In this document: positions 50,904-62,286 of the stretch, in pieces | How positions within the stretch are numbered: position 1 is the stretch's first letter | Layout of the letters: every line of letters starts with the position of its first letter | Source: an uncultured Pelagibacteraceae bacterium | Lineage (GTDB): Bacteria; Pseudomonadota; Alphaproteobacteria; Pelagibacterales; Pelagibacteraceae | Direction: 5' to 3' | Assembly (NCBI GenBank): GCA_902614355.1 | Contig: CACMKP010000005.1 | Location: 10,574 to 74,573, forward strand | Length of the DNA stretch: 64,000 bases | Program-made: the position numbers and the translations under genes | Notes under the pieces: model-generated | Told to the model about the DNA's origin: nothing | Seen by the model: only the letters and a program-made list of their open reading frames with translations | The model's database searches: none

Positions 50904-51911
50904 CTAATGATTTGGTGAAATATTGTTAAAAAATATTTTTGCTGTTTCTTCCCAAGTGAATTTTTTTGCAAATTCAAGACAATCATTTCTATTAACTTTC
51001 AAAGCTTTATGAGCTGAAACTTTAAGATCATTATCTAAACAATTTATTTTGGAACCCTCAAATATATCTTTAGGACCTGGAACAGGATAAGCAGCTACAG
51101 GTGTTCCGCAATTTAAAGACTCACAAACTACAATTCCAAATGTATCTGTTTTACTTGGAAATACAAAAACATCGGAAGATGCAAAATGAGACGCTAATTC
51201 ACCGTTTGTTTTTTCTCCTAAAAAAATATCTTTAGGAAATTCTTTTTTTAATTTTTTTAAATCAGGTCCCTTTCCTATTATCATTTTTGTACCCTCTAAA
51301 TCACATTCTAAAAAAGCTCTTATGTTTTTTTCAACTGCAACTCTTCCAACATAAATCCAAATCGGTCTTTTATGTGGTAAATCAATTTTTTTCGGACTCT
51401 TAAAAGCTCCATGATTGCCTCCTCTTGTCCAAGTAATCATTTTATTATTATCTATACCTATATCGATTAATTCTTTTCTCATAGATTCTGTTGTTACTAA
51501 GATTCTCTCAGCCTTGTTATGAAAGTTTGCTAAGAATTTTTCAGCCCATTTTGCAGGTATAATAGGAAAGTAAAGCTTAAGATATTTATCAAATCTTGTA
51601 TGAAAACTTGTGGTAAACTTTAGTTTATTCTTCAAACAATATCTTCTTGCCATAGTCCCTATAGGACCTTCAGTAGCTATATGAATTGCATCAGGTTTTA
51701 TTTTCTTTATTAAGCTACCAACTCTTGGCCAAACATTAATAGATATTCTAATTTCATTATATTTTGGCATCGGAAAAGTTAAAAATAATTCTGGTGTGAT
51801 ATATTCTATTCTATGACCTTGTTCTTTTAAAATTTTACCTGTTTCATGCAAGGTTCTTACAACACCATTTACTTGTGGAAAATATGCATCTGTTGCGATT
51901 AAAATTTTCAT
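50904..51911 (-). CDS. GT4 glycosyltransferase, Agt-like (glycosyl/glucuronosyl-DAG synthase)
   Basis: TDAYFPQVNGVVRT, HIATEGP, YVGRVAVEKN, FPSKTDTFG..E; directly downstream of plcP. Confidence 0.85.
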   Translation of the reverse strand: MKILIATDAYFPQVNGVVRTLHETGKILKEQGHRIEYITPELFLTFPMPKYNEIRISINVWPRVGSLIKKIKPDAIHIATEGPIGTMARRYCLKNKLKFTTSFHTRFDKYLKLYFPIIPAKWAEKFLANFHNKAERILVTTESMRKELIDIGIDNNKMITWTRGGNHGAFKSPKKIDLPHKRPIWIYVGRVAVEKNIRAFLECDLEGTKMIIGKGPDLKKLKKEFPKDIFLGEKTNGELASHFASSDVFVFPSKTDTFGIVVCESLNCGTPVAAYPVPGPKDIFEGSKINCLDNDLKVSAHKALKVNRNDCLEFAKKFTWEETAKIFFNNISPNH

Positions 51912-51914
51912 TAA

Positions 51915-52727
51915 TTACGAAGCTTTTTTTAAGTCTTCATTTTTAATAGGTTTAATTATTTCTTGAGTGTCTAAATATTGTTCTCTTATTTTATCCCAAT
52001 ATAATATTTCAAAGCTACCATCGTAATTTTCGGCTAATGCAGTGCAAGATTCTACCCAGTCTCCACAATTTAAATAATTGACCCCATTAAAATCTCTATC
52101 CTCAGCATGATGGATATGGCCACAAATTATTCCATCAAATTTTTTTTTTTTTGCATAATCTGAGAGTGTTTTTTCATATTCACCAATATATTTGACGGCG
52201 TTCTTAACCTTATATTTTAAATATTTTGCAAGAGACCAATATTCTTTTCCTCTCAACCTTCTAAAGAAATTAATTATTACATTTATTTGTAACAATAAAT
52301 TGTAAGCTATTGATCCAAGTTTAGATAGCCATTTAGCATGTTTCATAACACCATCCCAAGCATCACCATGAACAACAACATATTTTTTTCCAGCATTTGT
52401 CTCATGAATAACTCTATTAACCATATGGATGTCACCAAAATTCATTGGAATAAATTTTCTTAACATTTCATCATGGTTGCCCATAATATAGAAAACTTTA
52501 GTGCCATGTCTTGCTTTTCTTAAAATTTTTTGGATTACATCATTATGTTCTTGTGGCCAAAAAAAACTTTTTTGCATTTCCCAGACATCTATAATGTCTC
52601 CTACAAGATAAAGATTTTCAGATCTTGAGTTTTTAAAAAACTCTAAAAGTTTTTTCGCTTGACAACCCTTGGTACCCAAATGCACATCAGAAATAAAAAT
52701 GCTTTTGTATTTAAGTATGTTAGGCAT
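51915..52727 (-). CDS. plcP: PlcP-type phospholipase C (LpxH-like metallophosphoesterase)
   Basis: ISDVHLG, GDIID, GNHDE, HGD, CGHIH, NCGDWVESCTAL; Pho box and adjacent GT4 gene. Confidence 0.88.
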   Translation of the reverse strand: MPNILKYKSIFISDVHLGTKGCQAKKLLEFFKNSRSENLYLVGDIIDVWEMQKSFFWPQEHNDVIQKILRKARHGTKVFYIMGNHDEMLRKFIPMNFGDIHMVNRVIHETNAGKKYVVVHGDAWDGVMKHAKWLSKLGSIAYNLLLQINVIINFFRRLRGKEYWSLAKYLKYKVKNAVKYIGEYEKTLSDYAKKKKFDGIICGHIHHAEDRDFNGVNYLNCGDWVESCTALAENYDGSFEILYWDKIREQYLDTQEIIKPIKNEDLKKAS

Positions 52728-52788
52728 TTAAAGGCCTATATTTTAATACAACTGTAACACGAATCATGTATTTCTTATCCCATTTAAA

Positions 52789-52817
52789 TGTTACAAATTT
52801 GTTAAAAATTTTTTAAG
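52789..52817 (-). promoter_or_regulatory. Pho box in the divergent plcP/DAG-kinase spacer
   Basis: Plus strand TGTTACA-AATT-TGTTAAA-AATT-TTTTAAG: 11-bp period, same half sites as at pstS. Confidence 0.75.
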
Positions 52818-52825
52818 GATTAATT

Positions 52826-53710
52826 ATGTTGTATTGTTTAATTTACAATCAAAACTCTTCCTCTGGAAGAAAATCAAAATTCATAAATAGGGTTTTATCT
52901 AAGTTAAAAGAAAATAATTCAGTAGAATACTTTGAGACCAAAACAATAAATCAAGCTAAGAAAATTTTTAAAAACTTTAATCAAAAAAATTATGATCGAT
53001 TAATAGTTGCTGGTGGAGATGGATCTGTTTCTTTTGCAATTAATGAATTAATAAAGAATGATTTTAATTTTAAAGACGATTTTGCTATAGGCTATATACC
53101 TGCTGGGACAGCAAATTTATTGCAAGCTGAATTATCAATGAATAAAAAGATTGATGATATAGTCAATGTATTGATTTCTAATAATTATAAATCCTCTAAT
53201 CTTGTAAAAATTAACGAGAATTATTTCTTTTTAATGGCTGGTATAGGATGGGATGCAAAAATTGTTCATTCAATTAATTCAAAAATTAAAAAAATTCTTG
53301 GAAAAGTGATATTTGGTATCAAAGGTTTTCAATATTTCTTGTTTATGAATAATAAAAAATTAAATGTTACTTTTGATGGACAATTTTATCAAGCAGACTG
53401 GATATTATCTTCAAATACCAAATATTACGCTGGACATCATAAAATAAATAAAACAAATATTTTTGAAAATAAAATAGTCACATATATATTTAAGGATTTA
53501 ACTAGGATCAATTTATTATATTCTATATTTTTAATAATTCTTAATGGTGATTTAAGTAAAAATAAAAATGTTATTACTACTTATTCACAAAACATTACAA
53601 TTGATGGAAATGATTTGATACCTGTTCAAATTGATGGAGATAATTTTGGTTCATATAAAAAAATTCATTTAAATCTATCAAATAAAAAAGTGAATTTTCT
53701 TGTAAAATAA
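52826..53710 (+). CDS. Soluble diacylglycerol/lipid kinase (DAGK-cat/YegS family)
   Basis: IYN..SSG, AGGDGS, IPAGTANL, MAGIGWDA, QIDGD. Confidence 0.88.
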   Translation: MLYCLIYNQNSSSGRKSKFINRVLSKLKENNSVEYFETKTINQAKKIFKNFNQKNYDRLIVAGGDGSVSFAINELIKNDFNFKDDFAIGYIPAGTANLLQAELSMNKKIDDIVNVLISNNYKSSNLVKINENYFFLMAGIGWDAKIVHSINSKIKKILGKVIFGIKGFQYFLFMNNKKLNVTFDGQFYQADWILSSNTKYYAGHHKINKTNIFENKIVTYIFKDLTRINLLYSIFLIILNGDLSKNKNVITTYSQNITIDGNDLIPVQIDGDNFGSYKKIHLNLSNKKVNFLVK

Positions 53711-54904
53711 TTATTTTACTCTGCCATAAATATCTTGATATCTCACTATATCTGTTTCTTTTAAAATCGAGCCTACTTGAGCTTCAATTATTTTAACTGG
53801 TTTTTTATAGGGATTTTCTATTCTATGGATTGCACCTAGTGGAATAAAAATAGTTTCATCAGGTTTCATAGTGAAATATTTCTTATTTAAAGTAATTTTA
53901 GGTTCACCATGAGTAACTACCCAATGTTCAGCTCTATGATGATGTTTTTGAAGACTTAATATACCTTTTGGTTTTACATATAATTCTTTAATTAAGAATT
54001 CCTTACCATTAAATAGATTTACATAACTACCCCAAGGTCTATGAAATACATTCTTCTTTTTAAAATAATGTCTTTTATTTCGTCCGTACATCTTACAGAT
54101 TTCTTTCCAAGATCCTAAATCAGACCAAGGAATATCTAATTTGATAGCATTTATATCTTTGGTTTTTTCTAATATTGCATAGTCAAAAGACTTAGCTGTT
54201 GCTTTAGTGAATGCTTGTTTATTTAAATAATACACATTACTTTTATATTTTGCTTTTGTTACAGCTTTGTTACAGTTTCGGTAAATATTTGGCTGATAAT
54301 TCTTAAAATTATTAATAATGGAGTCTTTTCTCATATAAAACATTCCAGAATTCCAATAACCTTTTTTACTAATTATTTGTTTAGCTTTAGCCTCTTTAGG
54401 TTTTTCTACAAATCTAGACACTTTATTATTTTTAGTTAAAAAATATCCAAATTCACTAGATGGCATTGTGGGTTTAATACCAAAAATAAAGATATTATTA
54501 TGAGTGAGTTTCTTTTGATTTTTTTTGATAGCTTTATTAAATAAACCAACCTTCTCTATTAGATGATCAGCGGCTAAAAACATTAATGGTTGTTCATTTG
54601 GAATATCCTTTATTAATGCAGTACTTAATATAGCTGGTGCTGTATTTTTTTTAGCTGGCTCTAAAACTATCTTAAATTTTCTTATTTTGTGTTTCTTTAG
54701 ATGCTGTTTTACTTGTCTTAAATATTTTGCATTGGTGCTTATAATTGGAGCATCAAATATAGGCGTTTTAACTCTCTCTAAAGTTTTACCCAATAAAGTC
54801 CAATTACCAAAATCGATAAATTGTTTGGCTTGATGTTTTTTAGCTTTAGGCCAAAGTCTTGTTCCAGCGCCACCACATAAAATAACAGGGCGAATTTTCA
54901 TCAA
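53711..54904 (-). CDS. manC: Mannose-1-phosphate guanylyltransferase / mannose-6-phosphate isomerase
   Basis: [36 protein letters not shown]-terminal cupin [16 protein letters not shown]. Confidence 0.93.
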   Translation of the reverse strand: MMKIRPVILCGGAGTRLWPKAKKHQAKQFIDFGNWTLLGKTLERVKTPIFDAPIISTNAKYLRQVKQHLKKHKIRKFKIVLEPAKKNTAPAILSTALIKDIPNEQPLMFLAADHLIEKVGLFNKAIKKNQKKLTHNNIFIFGIKPTMPSSEFGYFLTKNNKVSRFVEKPKEAKAKQIISKKGYWNSGMFYMRKDSIINNFKNYQPNIYRNCNKAVTKAKYKSNVYYLNKQAFTKATAKSFDYAILEKTKDINAIKLDIPWSDLGSWKEICKMYGRNKRHYFKKKNVFHRPWGSYVNLFNGKEFLIKELYVKPKGILSLQKHHHRAEHWVVTHGEPKITLNKKYFTMKPDETIFIPLGAIHRIENPYKKPVKIIEAQVGSILKETDIVRYQDIYGRVK

Positions 54905-56619
54905 ATTTTCGAATATTCCTTAACTTCTTTTTTCTTACCTGGATGTGTTGGTGCTCCTAAACTTGCTGGTCCAACTGTTTGAGCATATTTCCAAAGAGTT
55001 CCTGAACCAAAATCAGATTTTCTAGCCTTCCATTTTCTTCTTCTTGAAGCTAATTGAGATTTAGTTAAGCGAACATTAATCGTTCCTTTTTTAGCATCTA
55101 TATCAATAACATCGCCATTAAGTAAAAGAGCAATTGGTCCACCTAAAGCAGCCTCTGGTCCAACGTGACCAACACAAAATCCTCTAGTTGCTCCTGAAAA
55201 TCTTCCATCAGTAATTAAAGCAACTTTCTCGCCTTTTCCTTGACCATAAATTGCACCAGTTGTTGAGAGCATTTCTCTCATACCTGGTCCCCCTACTGGA
55301 CCTTCGTATCTAATAATAATTACATCACCATCTTTATATTTTCTACTTTGTACTGCTTTCATTGCACTTTCTTCATTGTCAAAACATCTTGCTCTTCCAG
55401 TAAATTGTAATTTTTTTAGTCCTGCAATTTTAACAATTCCACCTTCTGGAGCTAAATTACCTTTCAAACCTACTACACCACCATCTGGTGATAAGGGTTT
55501 GTTATAAGCTCTTAACACTTTTTGTTTTGGATTAAATTTAATTCCCTTTAAATTTTCTTTCATTGTTTTACCTGTAACTGTCATACAATCACCATGAATA
55601 TAACCACCATCAAATAAAGTTTTTAAAAGCATCGGCACACCACCTGCTAACCACATGTCTTTAGCAACATATTTTCCACCTGGTTTTAAGTCTGCAAGAT
55701 AAGGTGTTTTTTTAAATATTTTTGCAACATCCATTAAATCAAATTTTATTCCTGCTTCATTTGCAATAGCTGGTAAATGTAATGCAGCATTAGTTGAACC
55801 TCCAGTTGCAGCTACAATTGTTGCAGCATTTTCTAATGCTTTTCGTGTTACAATATCTCTTGGTTTAATTCTTTTAGCTAATAATTCCATAACCATACGA
55901 CCACTTGCTTTTGCATACTTATCTCTTTCTTCATATGGCGCAGGTGTTCCAGCAGAATAAGGTAATGCTAAACCAATTGCCTCTGATACACACGCCATCG
56001 TATTAGCTGTAAATTGACCTCCACAAGCTCCAGCTGTAGGGCAAGCAACCAATTCTAACTTTCTTAACTCTTTTGCTGACATTTGTCCTGAAGAATGTTT
56101 TCCAACAGCTTCAAAAACATCAACTACAGTTACATCTTTGCCTTTGTATTTTCCTGGTAGTATTGAACCACCATAAATAAATACACTTGGTACATTCAGT
56201 CTAACCATCGACATCATTAAACCTGGCAAAGATTTATCACAACCTGCAATACCTACTAATGCATCGTAACAATGACCTCTAACAGTTAATTCAGCACTAT
56301 CTGCTATTACTTCTCTTGAAATTAATGAAGATTTCATTCCTTCGTGACCCATTGCTATACCGTCAGTGACTGTAATTGTACAAAATTCCCTTGGTGTACC
56401 ACCAGAGGCTCTTACACCCTTTTTAACTGATTGAGCTTGTCTCATTAGAGCTATGTTACAAGGTGCAGCTTCATTCCAAGTTGAGACAACACCAATAAAA
56501 GGTTTTGAAACATCTTTTTCTGTTTCACCCATAGCATAATAAAATGATCTGTGCGGGGCTCTATCAGGGCCAAGAGAAGTATGTCTACTTGGTAGTTTTT
56601 TCTTATTAAATTTCCGCAT
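54901..56619 (-). CDS. ilvD: Dihydroxy-acid dehydratase
   Basis: [44 protein letters not shown]. Confidence 0.96.
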   Translation of the reverse strand: MRKFNKKKLPSRHTSLGPDRAPHRSFYYAMGETEKDVSKPFIGVVSTWNEAAPCNIALMRQAQSVKKGVRASGGTPREFCTITVTDGIAMGHEGMKSSLISREVIADSAELTVRGHCYDALVGIAGCDKSLPGLMMSMVRLNVPSVFIYGGSILPGKYKGKDVTVVDVFEAVGKHSSGQMSAKELRKLELVACPTAGACGGQFTANTMACVSEAIGLALPYSAGTPAPYEERDKYAKASGRMVMELLAKRIKPRDIVTRKALENAATIVAATGGSTNAALHLPAIANEAGIKFDLMDVAKIFKKTPYLADLKPGGKYVAKDMWLAGGVPMLLKTLFDGGYIHGDCMTVTGKTMKENLKGIKFNPKQKVLRAYNKPLSPDGGVVGLKGNLAPEGGIVKIAGLKKLQFTGRARCFDNEESAMKAVQSRKYKDGDVIIIRYEGPVGGPGMREMLSTTGAIYGQGKGEKVALITDGRFSGATRGFCVGHVGPEAALGGPIALLLNGDVIDIDAKKGTINVRLTKSQLASRRRKWKARKSDFGSGTLWKYAQTVGPASLGAPTHPGKKKEVKEYSKI

Positions 56620-59246
56620 TATAAACTTTCAATTGTTAAAGATATCTTTTTAATATCATCTTTCAAGTTACTATAGTTAGTTTTTTCTTGTTCAACAATA
56701 TTTTTTGGTGCTCTATCAACAAAACTTTTATTCGATAATCGTTGCGATATCTTGTCTAAATCATCTTGATGTTTTCTTTGTCGTTTTAATAAATTTTCTT
56801 TGATTAAATTTAAGTCAACGTTTTCATCAAAATAAATCTTAAAAATATCACCTGAAATAACCATTGTTGCAGATGGTTTATTTTGATCGTTATCAAAAAA
56901 ATTGTTTATACGCCCAAGTTTTTTTAAAATTGTTTCATTATTATTCATTAATAACTTATTTTTTTTTGCTATTTTGTTTATTGATATATCTACAAAAGAG
57001 CCAGGACTAACATTAAGCTCATTTTTAAAAGACCTTAATTCAGAAATAATATCTATAATTTTTTCAACATCTTTTTGAGACTGGTCTTTTTTAATTTTTG
57101 CAGAAGGCCAATTCTTATACATCAGAAAATTCTTATTTGATTTATCGAATTTATTTTTGAGCCATATTTCTTCAGTTACGAATGGTATGAAAGGATGTAG
57201 CATTACTAATATTTGTTTAAACACATAGGCGGATACCTCTTTAATCTCTTTTTGAGCTTTTTTGTCCTCTGAATAAAGAATTGTTTTAGAAAGCTCAATA
57301 TACCAATCACAATATGAATGCCATGCAAATTGATATGCATTTTTTGCAGCTTCATCAAAACGGTAATCCTCAATGTTTTTTTGAATTTTATTTTTAACTT
57401 CTATTAATTCAGAGTATACCCATTTATTGATATTCAGTGTTGTTTTTGGAGTTTTATCTGTTTTATTGAAATCGCATTTATTTGTAATTAAAAAATTATT
57501 TGCATTCCATAATTTATTTAAAAAATTTCTGTACCCTTTAACTCTATCCTCAGAAAGTTTTACATCAGTTCCTGGAGAAGCCATAGATAGTAAAGTAAAT
57601 CTTAAAGCATCTGCACTATATTTTTCAATTATATCTAAAGGATCAATAACATTGCCTTTTGATTTAGACATTTTTTGTCCTTTCTCATCTCTAACTAAAG
57701 CATGAACATAGATATCTTTAAAAGGTTCTTTGTTTAAAAATTCCATGCCGAACATAATCATTCTAGCTACCCAGAAAAAAATAATGTCAAAACCAGTAAC
57801 TAAAACAGTGGTTGGATAAAATTTTTTAACAAACTCTTTTTCATCTGGCCATCCTAAAGTTGCAAAAGGCCATAAACCTGAAGAAAACCATGTATCTAAA
57901 ACATCAGGATCTCTAATTAATTCAACATCTTTTTTATAATGTTTTTTTGCTAACTTTTTTGCTTCTTCCTCATTTATAGCTACAAAAATTTTTTTATCAG
58001 GTCCATACCACGCCGGTATTTGATGTCCCCACCAGAGCTGTCGAGAAATACACCATGGTTCTATATTATTCATCCATTGAAAATAAGTTTTAGACCAATT
58101 GCTAGGAAAGAAATTTGTTTTTTTTGTTTTAACAATTTTTTTTGCTTTGATAGCTAATTTTTTTGCATCAACAAACCACTGCTCTGTTAAAAAAGGTTCT
58201 ATTATAGAATTTGATCTATCCCCATATGGAACTTTGTTTTTAATATCTTCTTCTTTTACAAAAAAATCTTTTTCTTTAAGCTCATTAATTATTTTTTTTC
58301 GAGCATCAAATCTATCTAAACCAACATAATCTGACGGAGCATTATTATTAATTTTACCCTCTTCAGTAAAAATATTTATTATATCAAGTTTATTTCTTTG
58401 ACCTACTTCATAATCATTAAAGTCGTGTGCTGGAGTAATCTTTAAAGCTCCAGTTCCTTGATCGGGATCTGCATAATTATCTTTGATTATTTTTATTTTT
58501 CTACCTACAATTGGTATTGTTACTATTTTGCCGACAAATTTTTTGTATCTTTTATCCTTTGGATTAACCGCTATTGCAGTGTCTCCAAGCATAGTTTCCG
58601 GTCTTGTTGTCGCAATAGTTATAAATTCAGATGAATTTTCTATCGGATATCTGATGTAATAAATTTTTGAATTCATCTCCCTTTGGTCAACTTCTAAATC
58701 TGAAATAGCAGTTTTTAATACAGTGTCCCAATTCACTAGTTTTTCTGCTTTATAAATTAATTTTTTTTTATGTAATTCTACGAAAACTTTTAAGACGGAT
58801 TTAGATAGATTTTTATCCATCGTAAAAGCATTTCTTGACCAGTCACATGAACAACCTAGTTTTTTTAATTGGTTAATTATTATATCGCCATACTCATTTT
58901 TCCATTCCCATACTTTTTCAATAAATTTTTCTCTTCCAAGAGTGGCTTTAGTAAGACTCTCTTTTTCTAATTTTTTTTCAACAAGCGCTTGAGTAGCAAT
59001 ACCTGCATGGTCTGTTCCTGGTTGCCATAAAGTTTCATAATTATTCATACGATAATATCGTATTAAAAAGTCTTGAATTGAATTATTCAAAGCATGCCCC
59101 ATATGCAAACTTCCTGTTACATTAGGGGGTGGAATTACAATTGAATACTTCTTGGAATTTTTTTTAGGTTTAAATAATTTATTTTTTTCCCAATAAGCAT
59201 AAATCCGATCTTCAACTTTTGAATGTATATATTTATCGCTCATCAT
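56619..59246 (-). CDS. valS: Valyl-tRNA synthetase
   Basis: [30 protein letters not shown]-terminal coiled coil. Confidence 0.98.
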   Translation of the reverse strand: MMSDKYIHSKVEDRIYAYWEKNKLFKPKKNSKKYSIVIPPPNVTGSLHMGHALNNSIQDFLIRYYRMNNYETLWQPGTDHAGIATQALVEKKLEKESLTKATLGREKFIEKVWEWKNEYGDIIINQLKKLGCSCDWSRNAFTMDKNLSKSVLKVFVELHKKKLIYKAEKLVNWDTVLKTAISDLEVDQREMNSKIYYIRYPIENSSEFITIATTRPETMLGDTAIAVNPKDKRYKKFVGKIVTIPIVGRKIKIIKDNYADPDQGTGALKITPAHDFNDYEVGQRNKLDIINIFTEEGKINNNAPSDYVGLDRFDARKKIINELKEKDFFVKEEDIKNKVPYGDRSNSIIEPFLTEQWFVDAKKLAIKAKKIVKTKKTNFFPSNWSKTYFQWMNNIEPWCISRQLWWGHQIPAWYGPDKKIFVAINEEEAKKLAKKHYKKDVELIRDPDVLDTWFSSGLWPFATLGWPDEKEFVKKFYPTTVLVTGFDIIFFWVARMIMFGMEFLNKEPFKDIYVHALVRDEKGQKMSKSKGNVIDPLDIIEKYSADALRFTLLSMASPGTDVKLSEDRVKGYRNFLNKLWNANNFLITNKCDFNKTDKTPKTTLNINKWVYSELIEVKNKIQKNIEDYRFDEAAKNAYQFAWHSYCDWYIELSKTILYSEDKKAQKEIKEVSAYVFKQILVMLHPFIPFVTEEIWLKNKFDKSNKNFLMYKNWPSAKIKKDQSQKDVEKIIDIISELRSFKNELNVSPGSFVDISINKIAKKNKLLMNNNETILKKLGRINNFFDNDQNKPSATMVISGDIFKIYFDENVDLNLIKENLLKRQRKHQDDLDKISQRLSNKSFVDRAPKNIVEQEKTNYSNLKDDIKKISLTIESL

Positions 59247-59367
59247 GGGTGTAATTAGTTTATAATTTAATAATCTAAATTAACAATAATCAAATTGGAA
59301 CGTTATTTGATAGACTAATTGCAAATATTTAATATAAAACTCCTTGTAGCTATCTTCTAAAACATAT

Positions 59368-59441
59368 GGCAACGTGGCGGAATGGTTACGCAGAGGATTG
59401 CAAATCCTTGTATCCCGGTTCGATTCCGGGCGTTGCCTCCA
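59368..59441 (+). tRNA. tRNA-Cys(GCA)
   Basis: GGCAACG/CGTTGCC acceptor stem, GAGGA-TTGCAAA-TCCTT, GGTTCGATTCC, discriminator T plus CCA. Confidence 0.97.
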
Positions 59442-59490
59442 AAAAAAATCTTGTTTTAGTTAAAAAAGAAAGTAAGTTGACAATTTACAT

Positions 59491-59566
59491 TCCTCGGTAG
59501 CTCAGTTGGTAGAGCAGTTGACTGTTAATCAATTGGTCGCAGGTTCGAGTCCTGCCCGAGGAGCCA
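59491..59566 (+). tRNA. tRNA-Asn(GTT)
   Basis: TCCTCGG/CCGAGGA acceptor stem, GTTGA-CTGTTAA-TCAAT, GGTTCGAGTCC, CCA. Confidence 0.97.
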
Positions 59567-59570
59567 AAAA

Positions 59571-59939
59571 TTACACTACCTTAGATATATTATTCGAAAC
59601 TTGTAATGATTTATTAAACTTTAATTTTTGATCTGCATTTAACTCAGAATAAAGTTTAACTAAAAAATTATAGTTAACATTCATATGTCCCTGTTGAGAT
59701 TTTTCTAAATTTAATAGATATTCTGAAAAATCCTCAAAAAAGTAATTAATTGGTACTTTTAAATAGTTAGAAAGTTGTAGTAATCTTATCGAACTTACAC
59801 CATTTGTCCCTTTTTCATATTTTTGAATTTGTTGGAATGTAACGTTGATTGCTTTTGCTACTTTTGTTTGAGTTAAACCTAGAGCCAATCTTCTTAATTT
59901 AAGCTTATTGCCCAAATGTTTATTAAAATTATCTTCCAT
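59571..59939 (-). CDS. XRE-family HTH transcriptional regulator (PraR/PhrR-like)
   Basis: LTQTKVAKAINVTFQQIQKYEKGTN helix-turn-helix, VPINYFFE; SD GAGGGG. Confidence 0.88.
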   Translation of the reverse strand: MEDNFNKHLGNKLKLRRLALGLTQTKVAKAINVTFQQIQKYEKGTNGVSSIRLLQLSNYLKVPINYFFEDFSEYLLNLEKSQQGHMNVNYNFLVKLYSELNADQKLKFNKSLQVSNNISKVV

Positions 59940-60103
59940 TAAGACCCCTCTTAATATTTTTATAAAACATAATTCAACTAGTTTTTAGAACCTACTGCAA
60001 CCAATATTTTTTTTTTATTTAGCTGAAAAACAGTGGATTTTAAATATCTGTCAAGCATTACTTCGGCCTGAAATAGAGAAATATTTCTTGCAAAAGTAAC
60101 GTT

Positions 60104-60838
60104 CTATAGTATCTGGCTTAAGAAAAGTTTTGTTCTATCACTCTTTGGATTAGCAAAAAACTCTTTGGTATCTGCTTTTTCAACTATCATACCTTCGTCC
60201 ATAAATATCATTTGATCAGCCACTTCTTTTGCAAAACCCATTTCATGCGTAACAACTATCATTGTCATACCTTGTTTTGCTAAATTAACCATAACATCTA
60301 ATACTTCTTTGATCATTTCAGGATCTAAAGCTGAAGTTGGTTCATCAAAAAGCATTATTTTAGGCTCCATACAAAGAGCTCTAGCAATTGCAGCCCTTTG
60401 TTGTTGACCTCCGGATAATTGCCCAGGATATTTTTGTGCCTGATCTAAAATTTGAACTCTTTCTAGATGTTTTAAAGCTAATTCTTCAGCTTCTTTTTTT
60501 GGCATTTTCTTTACCCAAATTGGTGCAAGTGTGCAGTTATCTAAAATTGATAAATGTGGAAATAAATTGAATTGCTGAAAAACCATTCCAACTTCTGCTC
60601 TAATTTGTTCAATATTTTTTGTATCCTCTGTTAATTCTGTTCCATCAACAATTATATTACCCTCTTGATGTTCCTCTAGTCGATTAATACATCTGATCAA
60701 AGTTGATTTACCAGAGCCTGAAGGGCCACAAACTACAATTTTCTGTTTTGGCTTCACTTCCAAATTTATTGATTTTAATACTTGGAAGTCTCCAAACCAC
60801 TTGTTCATATTGTTTATTTGGATAATATTTTCAGACAT
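60104..60838 (-). CDS. aapP: General L-amino acid ABC transporter ATPase (AapP/BztD)
   Basis: [33 protein letters not shown]. Confidence 0.93.
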   Translation of the reverse strand: MSENIIQINNMNKWFGDFQVLKSINLEVKPKQKIVVCGPSGSGKSTLIRCINRLEEHQEGNIIVDGTELTEDTKNIEQIRAEVGMVFQQFNLFPHLSILDNCTLAPIWVKKMPKKEAEELALKHLERVQILDQAQKYPGQLSGGQQQRAAIARALCMEPKIMLFDEPTSALDPEMIKEVLDVMVNLAKQGMTMIVVTHEMGFAKEVADQMIFMDEGMIVEKADTKEFFANPKSDRTKLFLSQIL

Positions 60839-60843
60839 AAATT

Positions 60844-62286
60844 TTATCTATCAGTTTTATATTTTTGTTCGAGATTATAACTATATTTACTCATTGCATA
60901 ACAAATAATCCAGAAAATTATCGCTGCAAACACATATCCTTCCATAGCAAAACCTAACCATTCTGGATTTGTTTTAGCTAAATTCAGCATTCCAACAATT
61001 TCTAAAAGACCAACCACAAATATTAATGGAGTGTCTTTAACTAATGCTAAGAATGTATTAGCAATTCCAGGTATAACCAATTTTAAAGCTTGGGGTAAGA
61101 TCACAAAAATATGCATTTTCCAATAACCCATACCTAAAGATTTGGCTGCCTCGTATTGTCCTCTTGGTAAAGCCTGCAATCCGCCTCGAATAACTTCAGC
61201 AACATATGCTGCCTCAAACAAAGAAATAGCAATAATTGCTCTTACCAATTTATCAATAAAAAAGTCTTCAGGTAAAAACATTGGAAACATAACAGCTGAC
61301 ATAAATAAAACTGTAATTAACGGAACACCTCTCCAAAATTCTATAAAACCAACCGAAATATATCTAATTAATGGAAAATCTGATCTTCTTCCAAGAGCGA
61401 AAGCCATACCAATCGGGAAACAGAAAATTAAACAGAAAAACGAAATAATAAATGTTAGCGACAAACCTCCCCATGCACCCGTTTCAACCCAATTTAGACC
61501 ATCCAATTTACCTAATTCGATATATTCCTCGAAAAAAAGAAAATATTTTAAAATAATATAAAGTGCTAAAGGAACTATTAAAAAATAATAAAACTTAAAT
61601 CTTCCTGGAATAAAAAAACCAATAATAATTGATAAAATTGCAGCTATTATTCCATATGAAAAATCAAAAAAGACAGGACCACCTGAAATAAAGAAAAAGA
61701 TAAATAGAAAAGCAATCAAAGGATAAATCACTACATAATAAAGTGTTAAATATTTCTTAAATTTATCGGTAGCAAAATAACCAATAGATCCGAGTAATAC
61801 TAAAGAAATAAATGATAAATTAATTCTCCACTGTTCTGCATTTGGATACATTCCATACATAAATCTTCTCATCCAGACTTTTATATAAGTCCAACAAGCA
61901 CCAGTTCCTGTGCAAACATCTTTTGAGTCACCTGCAAAACTAGCATCTACGACAAACCAACTAAGTATCGGGGGTATAGATTTTATAATTACAAATATTA
62001 TTAATAATGAGAGTACAGCGTTAAAATTATTGGTGTTTATATGTTTATTTAATAAATCTAATCTTTTGATACCGCTATATTCAATTCTAATAAAATATAG
62101 ACCTATAAAACCTAATACTAAGGGTAATACGAAGCTTAAAAAATTAGGCAAAAAACCTGTTAAATTTAAATTAAAAAAAGAATTAAAAAAAACATCCAAG
62201 AAGCTTATCAAAAATAAAAAAGAACCTAAGTACAAAAAGGTGTTTAAATTTGTTCTATCGGGTTTTAAGAAATTAATTTTAGACAT
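60844..62286 (-). CDS. aapM: General L-amino acid ABC transporter permease (AapM/BztC), N-terminally extended
   Basis: [29 protein letters not shown]. Confidence 0.9.
   Translation of the reverse strand: MSKINFLKPDRTNLNTFLYLGSFLFLISFLDVFFNSFFNLNLTGFLPNFLSFVLPLVLGFIGLYFIRIEYSGIKRLDLLNKHINTNNFNAVLSLLIIFVIIKSIPPILSWFVVDASFAGDSKDVCTGTGACWTYIKVWMRRFMYGMYPNAEQWRINLSFISLVLLGSIGYFATDKFKKYLTLYYVVIYPLIAFLFIFFFISGGPVFFDFSYGIIAAILSIIIGFFIPGRFKFYYFLIVPLALYIILKYFLFFEEYIELGKLDGLNWVETGAWGGLSLTFIISFFCLIFCFPIGMAFALGRRSDFPLIRYISVGFIEFWRGVPLITVLFMSAVMFPMFLPEDFFIDKLVRAIIAISLFEAAYVAEVIRGGLQALPRGQYEAAKSLGMGYWKMHIFVILPQALKLVIPGIANTFLALVKDTPLIFVVGLLEIVGMLNLAKTNPEWLGFAMEGYVFAAIIFWIICYAMSKYSYNLEQKYKTDR

Noticed and set aside
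51915-52727. Annotation as LpxH UDP-2,3-diacylglucosamine hydrolase
   Set aside because: GNHD motif, Pho box and GT4/DAG-kinase neighbours fit PlcP better
59368-59939. tRNA pair plus XRE gene as a prophage or integrative element site
   Set aside because: No integrase, no duplicated tRNA 3' end noticed, and both flanks are housekeeping genes
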